From contig CP068257.2 of the NCBI GenBank assembly GCA_009914755.4, positions 42,592,001 to 42,656,000 of the forward strand: 64,000 nt of DNA, in the 5' to 3' direction. Shown piece after piece: positions 27,528-44,655 of this stretch (its first letter is position 1; each line of letters starts with the position of its first letter). Made by a program: the position numbers and the translations under genes. The DNA is from the human T2T-CHM13v2.0 reference genome, Homo sapiens. The notes under the pieces are model-generated. The model had not been told where the DNA came from, ran no database searches, and worked only from the letters and a program-made list of their open reading frames with translations.

Positions 27528-27612
27528 CTGGCTAATTTTTGTATTTTTAGTGGAGACGGGGTTCACTATGTTGGCCAGTCTGGTCTCGAACTCCTGACCT
27601 CAAGTTATCCTG
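27528..27612 (-). mobile_element. Alu fragment
   Basis: …ggctaatttttgtatttttagtggagacggggttcac…. Confidence 0.7.
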
Positions 27613-27621
27613 GAAGGGCAG

Positions 27622-27636
27622 TTTTCTTTTTTCTTT

Positions 27637-27668
<32 letters not shown>

Positions 27669-27948
27669 TGAGATAGAGTCTCGCTCTGTGGCCCAGGCTG
27701 GAGTACAGTAGCAATTTCAGCTCACTGCAACCTCCGCCTCCCGGGTTCAAGCAACTCTCTTGCCTCAGCCTCCCTAGTATCTGGGATTACAGGTGCATGC
27801 CACCACACCCAGCATTTTTTGTATTTTTAGTAGAGACGGGGTTTCACCCTGTTGGCCAGGCTGGTCTCGACCTCCTGACCTCAGGTAACCCGCCTGCCTC
27901 GGCCTCCCAAGGTGCTGGGATTACAGGTGTGAGCCACTGCGCCCGGCT
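27622..27948 (-). mobile_element. Alu
   Basis: Poly-T/CT head then Alu antisense consensus. Confidence 0.85.
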
Positions 27949-28529
27949 TCCGGAAGGGCAGTTTTCTAACTTCACACCCCAGAACCTCCTGCAGTAAAGG
28001 AAGGTTCTGTCCAGGGCGGGTGCCCTGGCGTAGGCCACAGGACAGGAAGCCCCTCGCATCCATCAGAGCCCCCAGTCCCCGTGCACCCCACTGCTGCTCA
28101 GCAGAGACCAGAGCGGTCTCAGCAGGAGAGAGGCCCGGTGCTCTACAGATGGGCCCCAGAAAAGCTGGCCTCTCATGGGGAGCTCTCTGGGAGCTCAGTC
28201 CCTGAGGCCACCACTGGCATCGGCCCCTGTGATATACCCACCAGCATGCGGACCACAGGTGCTGGTCACTGGGGGACCTCTGGCCTCACTCTCCATGCCC
28301 CAGAAAGCCCCAAGGACGCAAACGTGGCAGGGTGGGCCTTAAAGCTCCCCAAGCAGGGCTACGGGGGCTGGTGGAGCACAGTCCCCGCTGTGTGGCTGCC
28401 CCTTCCTGGCACTCATGGATGCATCTGGAGTCTTCCTTCTGCATGAGCTCCCATGTCCTCTCCAGCCTGGAAGCCACCCGTGTGCTGGCTTGATGGGGTG
28501 ACCCACAGCTCACTACACATTGATTTCTC

Positions 28530-28797
28530 TTTTTTTTTTTTTTGAGACGGAGTCTCACTCTATCACCCAGGCTGGAGTGCAGTGGCGCATCTCCACTCAC
28601 TGCAAGCTTACGACATTCTCCCAAGTAGCTGGGACTACAGGCGCCCGCCACCACGCCTGGATAATTTTTTTGTATTTTTAGTAGAGACGGGGTTTCACCG
28701 TGTTAGCCAGTATGGTCTCGATCTCCTGACCTCGTGATCCACCCGCCTCGGCCTCCCAAAGTGCTGGGATTACAAGCGTGAGCCACTAAGCCCAGCC
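28530..28797 (-). mobile_element. Alu
   Basis: Alu antisense consensus. Confidence 0.85.
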
Positions 28798-30677
28798 TAC
28801 ACGATGATTTCTGATGCTGTTGACCCTAGGGGTCTGGAAAGGCCCCTGTGACTCAACCTGGCCTTGGCCTGGGCCCAGCTGGACCCGGGGTGGCCACATA
28901 CAGCCAGGGCCATGAGGGTCAGGAAGAAAGGACAGGATGGCAGCCTCCACTGTGGAAGCCCCAGGAGCCTGGGGGTGGTCACTGAAGCCTCACCCAGACC
29001 TGATGGCCAATGCACTGGACCCCAGCAGGGGCTGCCGCTTCTCCCACCCTCCAGAAGGCACTGTCATGAGTGTGCTTGGGAACAGGGTGCATAGTCAGAT
29101 TGTTTGGGACACACTGTCTGCCCCTCACCTGCTTGGAGGGTTGTGATTTACATCCCTGCGTGAAGTTTCTGAGAAGCACATAGGACAGACACCCTTAATC
29201 AATGGAAGCCCCCATCTCTTCCAAAGCTGCTTCTGCAGAGAGCCTTCCCTTGATGGTGCATTTATAAATGGCACGGGAAACTTTCAGAAAACACCCATGT
29301 GGGAAATCGCACTCCAGAAGTGGGAAGACCGTGCAAACCATCTTCTCTCCAGGAGCCCGTGATAGTGCGAGGACTGGCGCCGATGGCCCGCTGGGGGCTG
29401 GGGAGCCCCGGGGACCCCATACCGTGTGCCCTCTGCCCTCCAGCCCATGGTGCGGAAGACACTGTCTCACCTCTGCTTGATCAATCTATAGACAGCAGGA
29501 GCCAAAGCCCAGCATCTGGAGACACACTCATGTCCTTGGGCCTCTGAGGGGCAGACTGAGGTGGTGATCACGGCAGGCGAAGGGGACGTGGTGACCCCTC
29601 CACATTCAGTGGCCACATCGAGTCACAGCTGTAGTGGGGTGGGGGGTGATACGTTTTGTGTTTGTGGAGTGAATGAACGAATGAGCAAACATTCATTTTT
29701 CTCCTGAAGACAAAGTGCCGCTGGAGTTAGAGGTGGCGTGAGCTCTTGCGTCTCCTGATCTAGAGAGGACTGCAAGGCGCCCCAGGGCCCATGGGTCCCC
29801 AGACTGCTCTCCAGCGCCACACCCAGGCCTGCGGCTCTCTCAACCTTGGATGAAGCTGATGCTTTAATATTGAGAAAGACAAGCCTGGGAGTGGGCCCAG
29901 CGCCCACAGTGAGGTCCTGGTTCTCTCCTGCAGACGTCAGCAGCCTCACAGAGCAGGCCTCAGACAAGGCTGTTCGGGACAATAATAAAACGAGTGAAAA
30001 AATAAGGCCACTTCCAAATCGTGGCTCCCACAAAAACAAGGTCCCGGGGCCACCCACAAAAATGACCGAATATCCCCCTCTCCTGGCTGAAAGGGGTGCG
30101 TGAAGCCTCTTCCCGGGCCATAGTTGGGGTTCACTGAGGCTCCCCATTGAAGAACCACAGCGCTCCTAGCCGAGCCCGGTCCAGAGCTGCCACGGTGAAC
30201 ACGGTCAGATAGTCAGGGACACGCTGTGGTCACAGTTGGCACCTTTGTATTAGAGTCTGAGAATCCCGAAATACTACATCTGCTTCACCCGTTAAATTAT
30301 CCACCATTTCCCCCAAACCTACTAAGTAAAGGAAATTTCCTTTATGGTACATTTATAAAAGCCATGTACGAAATTGTGTTCTGGAAAACACGAGTTTTAT
30401 GATGTTCGCATATGTCACATACTTTCATAGCTCAATATTCAAAAGCTGCAAAGTGGGAACAGTGAAATGGTGCTGGATTGTGCAGCCCCCAATGCTACTG
30501 AACTATGACATGAAATCTCTGGCAAAGCTTAAGTCTCTCTTCTCTGTTCCTTTCATTTTCTTTGTAACCCTTGCTTGTTTTTTTCTTATTAATTTGAAAG
30601 CCTCTTTATATATTAAAGATATTGACTCATATAATCCTCGTATACATAAGTCACAAATATTTTCTTCAGCTTGTTAA

Positions 30678-31048
<371 letters not shown>

Positions 31049-31576
31049 CCTGTCTACGAGTCTTTTTTTAGATTTCCATTCTTCCTAACATATTTAAAAA
31101 GTTCCTCTTCACCCCAAGATGGTATAAGCATGCACCTTTATTTTCTTTGGATATTTTATTTCATTTTTTCCATTTCATCATTTCATGTCTTCATTTAAGT
31201 CATTTTATGTATTAATTCTAATTGGAATAATTTTAGTGTTTGCCATGGCTTTTGCGAATTACTATCCAGTTCTCTCAAGATCACTTTTGAATACGCCCTC
31301 CATTCCCTGATGCATTCAAAACCGTGTGTCAATCACCTGCCTCTCTGAGTGCCTGGGTCTCAGGCTTTGCATTTCTCTCCAGGGGTGTGTCAGTTTCTGC
31401 CTTGGAGCTCCTGCCACGCTGGCTGTAGCTTTATACCATGTTTAAACACCCCGCGCCGTGTGACAGTCTTCAGAAGTGTCTTGTCTCGTGTTCACTCACC
31501 TTCCACAAGAACATTAAATCAAGTTCTTTGAAAAATCCCATTGGTAATTTGATTGGAATGAATGGTATTAGATTTA

Positions 31577-31930
<354 letters not shown>

Positions 31931-31940
31931 TTAAATCCAG

Positions 31941-32177
31941 GCACACACAGGGGCTCACACCTGTAATCCCAGTGCTTTAGGAGGCTGAGCTGAAGGATTT
32001 CTTGAGGCCAAGAGTTGGAGACCAGCTTGGGCAACATAGCAAGACCCCATCTCTACCCAAAATGAGGTGGGAGGATCACTGAGTCTAGGAGTTCGAGGCT
32101 GCAGTGAGCCGTGGTCTCACCACTGCACTCCAGCCTGGGTGACAGAGTGAGACCTTGCCAAAAAAAAAAAAAAAAAG
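31941..32177 (+). mobile_element. Alu (older, divergent)
   Basis: Diverged Alu with poly-A. Confidence 0.75.
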
Positions 32178-32195
32178 TTAAATCTAGGAACATGA

Positions 32196-32823
<628 letters not shown>

Positions 32824-32860
32824 CTCTTTCCTCTTTTTAAAAAATGTTGAGTACTTACAG

Positions 32861-33144
32861 CAGGGTGCAGTGGCTCACGCCTATAATCCCAGCACCTGGG
32901 TGGGCAGATACTCGGGCCCAGGAGTTAGAGACCAGCTTAACCAACATGGCAAAACCCTGTCTCCACTAAAAATACAAAAATTAGCCGGGCATGGTGACAC
33001 ATGCTTGTAATCCCAGCTACTCGTGTGGTGAGGCATGAGAATTGTTTGAACCTGGGAGGCAAAGGTTGCAGTGAGCTGAGATCGCACCACTGCACTCCAG
33101 CCTGTAGGACAGAGCAAGACTCTGTCTCAAAAAAAAAAAAAAAA
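32861..33144 (+). mobile_element. Alu
   Basis: Alu consensus with poly-A. Confidence 0.85.
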
Positions 33145-33218
33145 GTGAGTATTCACTGGTATTGTGAATATTTTTCCATTATATTTTATTTCCCTTTTCT
33201 TTCTTTTCTTTTCTTCTC

Positions 33219-33506
33219 TTTTTTTTTTTTTTGAGACGGAGTCTTGCTCTGTCGCCCAGGCTGGAAGTGCAATGACACGGTCTTGGCTCACTGCAACCTC
33301 CGCCTCCTGGGTTCCAGCGATTCTCCTGCCTCAGCCTCCTGAGTAGCTGGGATTACAGGCACCTGCCACCATGCCCGGCTAATTTTTGTAATTTTAGTAG
33401 AGACGGGGTTTCACCATGTTGGCCAGGCTGGTCTCGAACTCCTGACCTCAGATGATCTGCCCGCTTCAGCCTCCCAAAGTGCTGGGATCACAGGTGTGAG
33501 TCACTG
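33219..33506 (-). mobile_element. Alu
   Basis: Alu antisense consensus. Confidence 0.85.
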
Positions 33507-35865
33507 TGCCCGGCCTAGTTCCTATTTTAACATCAGAATGAATCTATGCATGTGTCTACAACTGAAGCCACGCTTATGCTTACAGATTAAACAGTGGCAC
33601 GCTGGACCCCACGCAGTCTGAGCCCTCGGTCCCGGCTTCCCGTTACTGGCTGGCCCATTATCTGCGGAGAGGGACGCCCGGTCTCTCACCTGCCCCCACT
33701 GAGGGACATTTGGGTAGTTTCCGTTCTTTTGTCCTCCCTCTTAATCTCAGGGGACTCCCTTCCAGCCCCGAACCAGGCCACATTCTCCTCTATTCTCTGT
33801 GCCTCAGCAGGCCAGGAACAGGTGGGGACATGGGTGTGGAAGGGACGTCCCCAGAGCACCCTGGCCTCAGTGCCCGCTTCCATGGCCTGCAGTGGCTCAG
33901 AAACAGCACACCAGAGACCCGGAAGGGCTGAGGAATGGCTGGAGTCTGCCTGGGGGCTCAGGGCCAGGGCTGAGGATGCCGGAATGGGGGTGCCTGCAGA
34001 GGCCCTCTGACCTGGAGACTCCCTGTGTGTTTTCTGCACACGTTACTATCACTCAAGGGTTGGCACCTTTCCCCAGCACTAACCCATCAGCACATCTGGG
34101 GCCTGCTCCCCTTGTCTCTGGCCGGGTGGAGAGGCTGAGGGAGCCATGTTGTTTCTCTTGTCCATGCAGTGGGTGTGTCCAGACCTGCTCCAGGGCAGGC
34201 CCTGGGCAGACGCTGGGAGAAAGCCAGCCAAGTCTCTGGGAAAAGTGGACCCACCAGGCAGGGCTGCGGCCCCGAGGCCAAGTGGGCTAGGGCGGGTTCT
34301 TTGGGAACCTGGGATAGCCAGGGGACCCTGCAGAGATACAGGGGTGAGGCCAGAAGGCAGGCCTGCTGGGCAGAGGGAGGGTTCCTCCATGGCAGGGAAC
34401 AGGGACTGGCTGCCCGGCAAAAGGCCAGCAATGAGGGGCTGGGAAGTCAAGCTGCGCTGGGGTCTGGAGGAAGAGCAGGTGCTGGGCTGGGCCAGGAGGG
34501 GACCAAGGGTGCGGTGCCTTCCTTTCTGGTGCCAAGGGCCATGGGCGGCTGCCAGCGTAGAAGGCTCCTGGGGCCCCTCTGAGCACAGGCTTCTCCTCGG
34601 TGTGGGGGGCTCTTCCTGCCCAGGGTCGGGGGCTCTTCCTGCCCAGGGTGAGCCTGTAAGCCAGCACAGCCGTGAGCACCTGAGTCGACAGCAGAGGGGC
34701 AGGGCCCCAGGTGAGGACTGTCACAATGGGGCCAGGGTGAGGATGCGCCTCGGCACAGGTGGCCGTGTGCGGGTCCAGACGACAGGCTCCCCCGGGCCTC
34801 CAGCTGAGGACACCCCACTTACCCACCTCCCTCTGTCAGGGCCACCGTCTGACTCTGGATTCAGGGTTGGCCGATGCGTTCTGGATCCTTTCCTTGTCCT
34901 TCACCTCTGCACTGCCTCATGGGGACAGACCCTGTGGGAAGCTCCCATCAGCACGCAACGCCCTGTGGTGGTTTCTTCCATTCCTTTCGTTCTGGGCTTT
35001 CTGACTATGGTGGAGCCGGCTGTGTTTGCTGCTTGTTTTTAACCCCTTCGGTAACAAGAGCTCCGACTACAAACCCCAGTGCTGATGGGGCCCATGCCAG
35101 GGGTGGGGGTGCCAGAGGGCTGTTCCCTGGTGCCACGCTGCCAACCCCTTGGTGCTGATGGAAGGCCCAGCAGGGGAGAGCCACCTACCCTGGCAGGGAG
35201 CAGGTGGGCAGAGGGAAGATGTGGAGGGTGGAAGGGAGGGGGCTCTGTTCTAGGAAGTCCTTGGAGACCCCTGTGGGGCACCTTGGGCTCCCTCCGAGTG
35301 GTGCAATGTGAGCAGTACCTGGAGCCCATCCAAAGGTGGTGTCCACACCCACCAGCACCTCCGCCGGGCAGGCTGGCAGACGCCTGAGCTCAACCTCGGT
35401 CCTGGGTGTGGGCGAGTTTCTGCAGGTTATGGGGGGCCTCTGAGGGGAGCCAAGAAGGGGTTCCCCCCACCAAAAGCCTTGAGGGGTTCAAGTGGCCCCA
35501 AGGACACAGCTCTAGAAATCAACAGGGTGACCCCAAGTTTCCTATAGAAATGCCAAGGACTTCTAAGAGCAGAAGCAAGGGGATCGCTGTGTGGCCAGAC
35601 TCCAAAGACGTGGTTGTGTAGAGCCACGGTCACTAAGACCACAGGGCCCAGGTGAACCAATGGACACACGGACCGTGGAAGGGGGAAGATGCAGAAACAG
35701 ACCTCATGCCTATGGACAGCTGGCCTTCGACCAAGGAGCAGAGACCATTCAATGGAGAAAGGGGTATTTCCAGTGCCAGGGCAACTGGACACGCACCTGC
35801 AAAAGGATAAACCTCAGCTCCTGCCTACTTCACACCATACACAGAAGTCAATTTGAGGCCAGGCG

Positions 35866-36150
<285 letters not shown>

Positions 36151-36319
36151 AGTAAATGATGAAGTTTCCAGAACTTTTAGAATATAAGAGAATATCTGTG
36201 TGAACTGGGGTAGCCCAGTTCACTAGCCATGAAAGAGAAATTGATGCACTGTGCTTTCTCGGAATGAAAAGCTTCTGCTCATTGTAGCAGAGGCAAAACA
36301 TTTTTCTTGAGCCTCATAA

Positions 36320-36630
<311 letters not shown>

Positions 36631-37231
36631 TAAATTCTTAGTTGGAATAGACCCTGTGACAAAAACCAGATTTTAACAAGAGAAACAAACAGAAGTTTAT
36701 GAACGTGCATATTTCACGGAAGAACCTACAGAATGAGTCGTTCTCCAAGAGGTGACTTTGAATTCCAGCTTATGTAGCATCTTCAACCAAGGACAGTACA
36801 TTTTTGGAGAAGTGACAAGGCAGAGGAGGACTTTGAGTCCCCAGGGCTGGCAGCTTGTGGGAAGGCAGAGAAGGGCAGATGGAGGTGAGTTGGGGAAGCT
36901 TGCTTGTGTAGATGGTGTTAGGCCGTTCTTGCTTCCCTCTAGAGAGATACCTGAGGCTGGGTAATTTATAAAGAAGAGAGATTTCATTGGCTCCCAGTTC
37001 TGCAGGCTGTACAAGCATGGCGCCAGCATCTGCTCAGCTTTTGGGGAGGCCTTGGGAAACTTACGATCACGGTGGATGGCAAAGTGGGAACAGGCACTTC
37101 CCATGGTGACAGTGGGAGCAAGAGAGAGGGGGAGGTGTCACATGCTTTACACAAGCAGATAGCACGAGACCTCACTTATCACCAAAGCAATGGTGCCAAG
37201 CCATTCATGAGGGATCAGGCCCCATGATCCG

Positions 37232-37450
37232 ATCACCTGCTACCCTGCCCCACCTGCCCCACCTGCCCCACCTCCAATGCTGGGAATCACATAACCACCT
37301 GCTACCCTGCCCCATCTGCCCCACCTCCAACGCCAGGAATCATATAATCCCTGCTACCCTGCCCCACCTGCCCCACCTGCCCCACCTCCAACGCTGGAAA
37401 TCACAGAATCACCTGCTATCCTGCCCCACCTCCAACGCTGGGAATCACAT
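37232..37450. repeat. ~66-bp tandem repeat x3.5 (ctgccccacctgccccacctccaa(c/t)gctgggaatcaca(t/g)aa(c/t)cacctgctaccctgcccca)
   Basis: Read directly. It produces the ORF MIRSPATLPHLPHLPHL…. Confidence 0.75.
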
Positions 37451-38277
37451 TTCAGTGTGAGATTTGGAGAGGACAAACATCCAAACCATATCATAGATTC
37501 TTCTAGTATCATCTTTAGGCCAATAAGAATCCAGTTGTTGTCAGTGATTAACCTTTGTTCCTGGCAGAGAGGGGAGGTGGGATATATTTTGTCATCATAA
37601 AAAGGAAAAAGTCACAGGATCAGATTGATTGATGCAGAAAAAGCATTTGACAAAATTCAATATCCATTCACAATAAGAACTCTCAGAGAAATAGAAATAA
37701 TGGGAGCTTTCCTCAACTTGATAGAGAACATCTACAAAAAACATGCAACTAATGCAAAAGACTGGATGCTTTCCCCCTAAGATCAGAAATGAAGCAAGGA
37801 TGTCCACTCTCATGACTGTGATTCAACTTAGTGCTGGAAGTTTTAGCCAGTGCAATAAGGCAAGACCAGGAAATATAGGCATATAGGTTGGAAAGCAAGG
37901 AATCAAACTGTCCCTATTTAGAGAAAACATAATTGTCTTTGAAAAAAAAAACCCAAAGATTTAACAAAAACCACTCCTAGAATTAAGGAAATGAGTTCAG
38001 CGAGGTTGTAGGATACAAGATGAACATGCAAAAACATTAGAATTTCTATATATCAACAATAAACATGTAGACACCAAAATAAAAACCACAAAACCATTCA
38101 CACTTGCTCAACATAAAACACGTACAGGACTTTCATGCTGAAACTATGAGACACTGTTTTTTTAAAAAAATCAATGAAGGTTTCACAAAATAGAGAGGCA
38201 TACGATGTTCATGGATCAGAAAATTCGCATCATAAAGATGTCAAGTTTCCCCAAGCTGATATATAGGTTAAATATAA

Positions 38278-38592
<315 letters not shown>

Positions 38593-38647
38593 CAGAATCC
38601 TAGCAAGATTTTTTTAATAGATAGAAACAAAATTACTCTAAAATTTA

Positions 38648-39019
<372 letters not shown>

Positions 39020-39425
39020 TTACTAGGTCTCAAGATTTATTATATAGCTACAGTAATCAAGACTGTGTGATATTGGTAAACAGACACATAGACCAATGGA
39101 ACAAAGCAGAGAACCCAGAAATAGATCCATACGAATATGCCCAACTGCTTTTTAATTAATTAATTTGTATTATAAATTCACATAACATGAAAGTTACCAT
39201 TTTAACCATTTGAAAGTTGAAAATTCTGTGGCAATTAGTACATCATGATATTGTACAACAGTCATCACTGTCTTAGTTCCAGAACTTTTTCATCCACTCT
39301 TAGGTGGAAACCCCATACTCATTAAACAGTCACTCCTAATTTCCCCTTCTCTCCAGCCCCTGGAAACCACCAATCTGTTTTCTGTCCCTACAGATCTGCC
39401 TATTCTGTGTATGTCATATAAATGA

Positions 39426-39771
<346 letters not shown>

Positions 39772-40048
39772 ACAGCACAGCATTTTTGAGGTTCATCCAC
39801 ATTGCAGCAGGCATCAGTACTTTATTCCTATTTACAGCTGAATGATATTCCATCATATGGCTATACCACATTCTATGTATCCATTCTTCTGTTGATGGAC
39901 TTTTGGGTTGTTTCTACCCTTTGGCTGTTGTAAGTGGTGCTGCTATGAACATTGGTGTACAAGCTTTGGCTTGAATACCTGCTTTCATTTCTTTTTGGTG
40001 TATCCCCAGAAGTGAAATTGCTAGATCATATAGTAATTCTATATTTAA

Positions 40049-40432
<384 letters not shown>

Positions 40433-40765
40433 GGGGATTCCAATTTTTCTACATTCTCACCAACACGTGTTATTTTCTGTTCTTTGATAATAGCCATCCT
40501 AGCTGGGGTAAAGTGGTATCTCATTTGATTTTAATTGGCATTTCCCTAACGATTGATGATGTTGAGCGTCTTTTCATGTGCTTGTTGGCCATTTGCCTAT
40601 CTTCTTTGGAGAAATGTCTATTTTAGTCCTTTGCCCAGTTTTTAATTGGATTGTCTAAGAGTTCTCCATATGTTCTGGATATTAGACCGTTATCAGATAT
40701 GTGATTTTTCAAATGTTCACTGGGGGGATTTTTCGCTCTCCTGACAGTGTCCTTTACTGTATAAA

Positions 40766-41127
<362 letters not shown>

Positions 41128-41274
41128 TAATTTTGATGAAGTCCGGTTTATTTATCTGATGTTTTTGCCATTATATCTAAGAAAATACTAACAAATCCAT
41201 GTCATGAAGATTTCTCTCAATGTGTTCTTCTAAGAGTTCTGTAGGTTTTGCTTTTCTATGTAGGTCTTGGATCC

Positions 41275-41620
41275 ATTTGATTTACTGCCCAACTAATTTT
41301 TGACAAAGATATAAAATAAATTTAATGGAAGAAAGACAACCTTTCAACAAATTGGACACCCATGGAGTAGGGGCAAAGAGCCTCCGCCTAGGTCTCACAT
41401 CTTCTGTAAATATTAACTTGGAAGGGATCACAAAGATTTAAATGTAAACGTAAAATTATAAAACATTCAGAAAAAAACGTAGGAGAAAATCTTCAGGATC
41501 TAGGGCTGGGCAAAGAATTCTTAGACTTGACTCCAAAAGCACAAGAATAGAAATGTAAAAGGAAAAATTGAGAAATTGGACTTCTTCCAAATTGAAGGCC
41601 GGCCTTGTAACTGAAGCATA
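41275..41620 (+). mobile_element. Continuation of the plus-oriented L1 after the nested insertion
   Basis: …cccaactaatttttgacaaagat…atggaagaaagacaacctttcaacaaattgg… is collinear with the L1 sense sequence downstream of the 39180 break. Confidence 0.6.
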
Positions 41621-42141
41621 TGGTCCTGCTACACCCAACACTGGGCTGGTGGGTTAACTGGATGGAAAAATATGTTTATCCAAGTATGGCCTGAGGTCTC
41701 CAAGGGCCATTCTGTGCCCTGCTGCAGTCAGCACCTGCTGTCATCCCCTCCTCCTAATTTTAGGCTTCCTGCTATTTGCAGTCCCTGGAGGATGGGCTGT
41801 TGACTCTGGGATCAAAACAGAAAAGCAGGTGAGCCCCATGGCGGGCTGTGCAGCTCCGGATGGGTGTCCTGCCCAACGCCAGAGCACTGCATTCTCCAGG
41901 GCATTTGACTTAGTGTCCCGGTGAGTTCATGGCCTGCTGCTGACCGCGCACCGACCCCCAAAGTCACTCTTTGCACCTGTAGGAGCTTTGGTCCGTTCAG
42001 CATGACCAGACTGGAGAGGGAGGAGACAGGCAGGGTGGGCAGAGAAACCGGAGTGACTCAGTGACTCAGAAAGTGGGACGCTCAGCGTGAGAGGTGTATC
42101 AGTCTGTGCTGCTGTAATAAAATCCTTAGAGTGGGCAATTA

Positions 42142-42435
<294 letters not shown>

Positions 42436-42504
42436 CTAGATGGCACCTTCTACATGTCCTCACATGGAGGAATGGACACAGGGGCTGCCTCAGGCCCCCC
42501 TCCT

Positions 42505-42790
42505 TTTTTTTGAGACAGAGTCTTTCTCTATCGCCCCAGCTGGAGTACAGTGGCGTGATCTCGGCTCACTGCAACCTCCACCTCCCGGGTCAAGTGATTC
42601 TCCTGCCTCAGCCTCCCGAGTAGCTGGGATTACAGGTGCGCACCACTCCTGGCTAATTTTTGTATTTTTACTAAAGATGGGGTTTCTCCATGTTGGCCAG
42701 GCTGGTCTTGAACTCCTGACCTCAGGTGATCTGCCCACCTTGGCCTCCCAAAGTGCTGGGCTTACAGGTGTGAGCCACTGTGCCCAGCCA
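42505..42790 (-). mobile_element. Alu
   Basis: Alu antisense consensus. Confidence 0.85.
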
Positions 42791-43076
42791 TTAGGCCCCT
42801 TTTATACAGGCAGTAATCCGTTCCTGAGGGCAGAGTCCTTTCGACCTAATGACCTCCCAAAGGTCCCACCACCTACTACTATCACCTTGGGAGTGAAGCT
42901 ATAACATAAGAATGCTGGGGGGAGAACAACATTCAGCTAATAGCTGGTGGGCTGCGGAGGGGGCAGAGGGCAGAGCTCTGTTCTCCCAGGGCCTGTCCAC
43001 CGAGAGGGCCCCGGCCCACCAGCTGGGCCTTTTGGTAAGATCGCAAGGCAGATGGTCAATTCTGCAAAAAAGAAGC

Positions 43077-43389
<313 letters not shown>

Positions 43390-44594
43390 CTAGTTCACTG
43401 AGAAAAGTGACGCCGTCTGGACACATACCCACAGTGGGACGCAGTGGAGAGGCCAGACCAGGGAAACTGAGGCCCAACCAGTGGGGCAGGTTTGAGGCAA
43501 GAGTAGTAGGAGGGGAGGGGGCAGGGGGTCCCCCCTCCAATGCCCTTGGCTGAGCACGGGTTCTTCTGAGCTCACCGGTGCTCGGAGCTGCCTCCCTGAC
43601 TTGGACAACCATGTGGAATGGCCATCCCGCCCTCAACAAGTAGAGGCAACTTCCTCTCTACAGTGAGGAAATTGAGGCCCAGTGAGGAAGCCTGTGGCCA
43701 GGAGGGTGCTAGGGGTCCTCACAAAGTGTCCTGAGGGGACCCACCCCTCCCTTGATGCCAGACCACCTGGCCAGGCTGCAGGAGCAGGGCCCAGGGCCTC
43801 CAGGAGCCAAGGCCTGGCCAGGGCTCCATGTTCCCCGAGGCCTTTCTGACTCAGGCTCCTGGCCTCTGGGAGCCTGGCCCTTCCAGGGAGCCACAGGGGA
43901 TGGAACCTCCATCTGGAGCAGGGGAGAAGGCACGGAGTCCAGGCTTGTTTGAGGGGCCAAGGCTGAGCCCCCTCCAGCCCCTTCCCTGCTCTGCCATTAG
44001 GACCTGGCTCCTCCCAACTTCTATACACATCACATGGGCCGCGTCCCCCCACTTTGCAGGCTGAGAACATCTGACGTGACCTGGGCACCTGAGGGGCACC
44101 AGGCACAGCAGGAGCATGGACCTGGAGAACCTCTGTTCTTCCGTGCATCAAGGTCCGAGTCGTGGTTCTGCCCCTTAGCAGCTGCGTGACTCTGGCCAAG
44201 CTCCTCCCGGCAACAGGCCTCAGTTTCCATATCTGTGGATGGCACTAATCACGATGATGACCTGAGGAGACCGTTCTGCTGATGGAGTGAGCAGAATCAC
44301 AAAGCTCTCAGGGCCTAGCCCGGGGCATGGCAGGTCCGCAGGCGTCCAAGGGCACAGCACAGATGTGGGAGAAAGGGCTGCGGGGCCCTCCCGCTCCAGC
44401 CGAGGACACGGGGCTCAGGGATGGAGCCCAATACTGTCCCAGAGCTCTGCTGCCCAGGTGCCTCTTGGGGAAACTGAGGCTCAGTCCCACAAAGGCATCA
44501 GTCCCACTGAAGACAGGGCCGAATCCCCAGCCCCTCACCCCCCTCCAGGGGTCTGTGCCACCTCCAGGGAGCCGTGGCGGCTCCATGTCACCTG

Positions 44595-44655
44595 CGGGCA
44601 AGGGGCTGGTGTGGAAAGCCCCACGGCATGGTGGAAAGTCCGAAATTCTACAGGG
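44595..44655. promoter_or_regulatory. AIRE: AIRE upstream enhancer (CNS1) core: two tandem NF-kB motifs, GGAAAGCCCC (~44613-44622) and GGAAAGTCC(G) (~44633-44642), spaced 20 bp
   Basis: Read directly: gtgtGGAAAGCCCCacggcatggtGGAAAGTCCgaaatt. Their reverse complements are GGGGCTTTCC and CGGACTTTCC. Position is about 3.4 kb upstream of the AIRE ATG. Confidence 0.7.

Noticed and set aside
34146-35042. 298-aa plus-strand ORF in a unique GC-rich segment
   Set aside because: It is an R/G/P/S-rich low-complexity translation with no recognisable fold or family. I keep it only as a possible regulatory region, not a gene.
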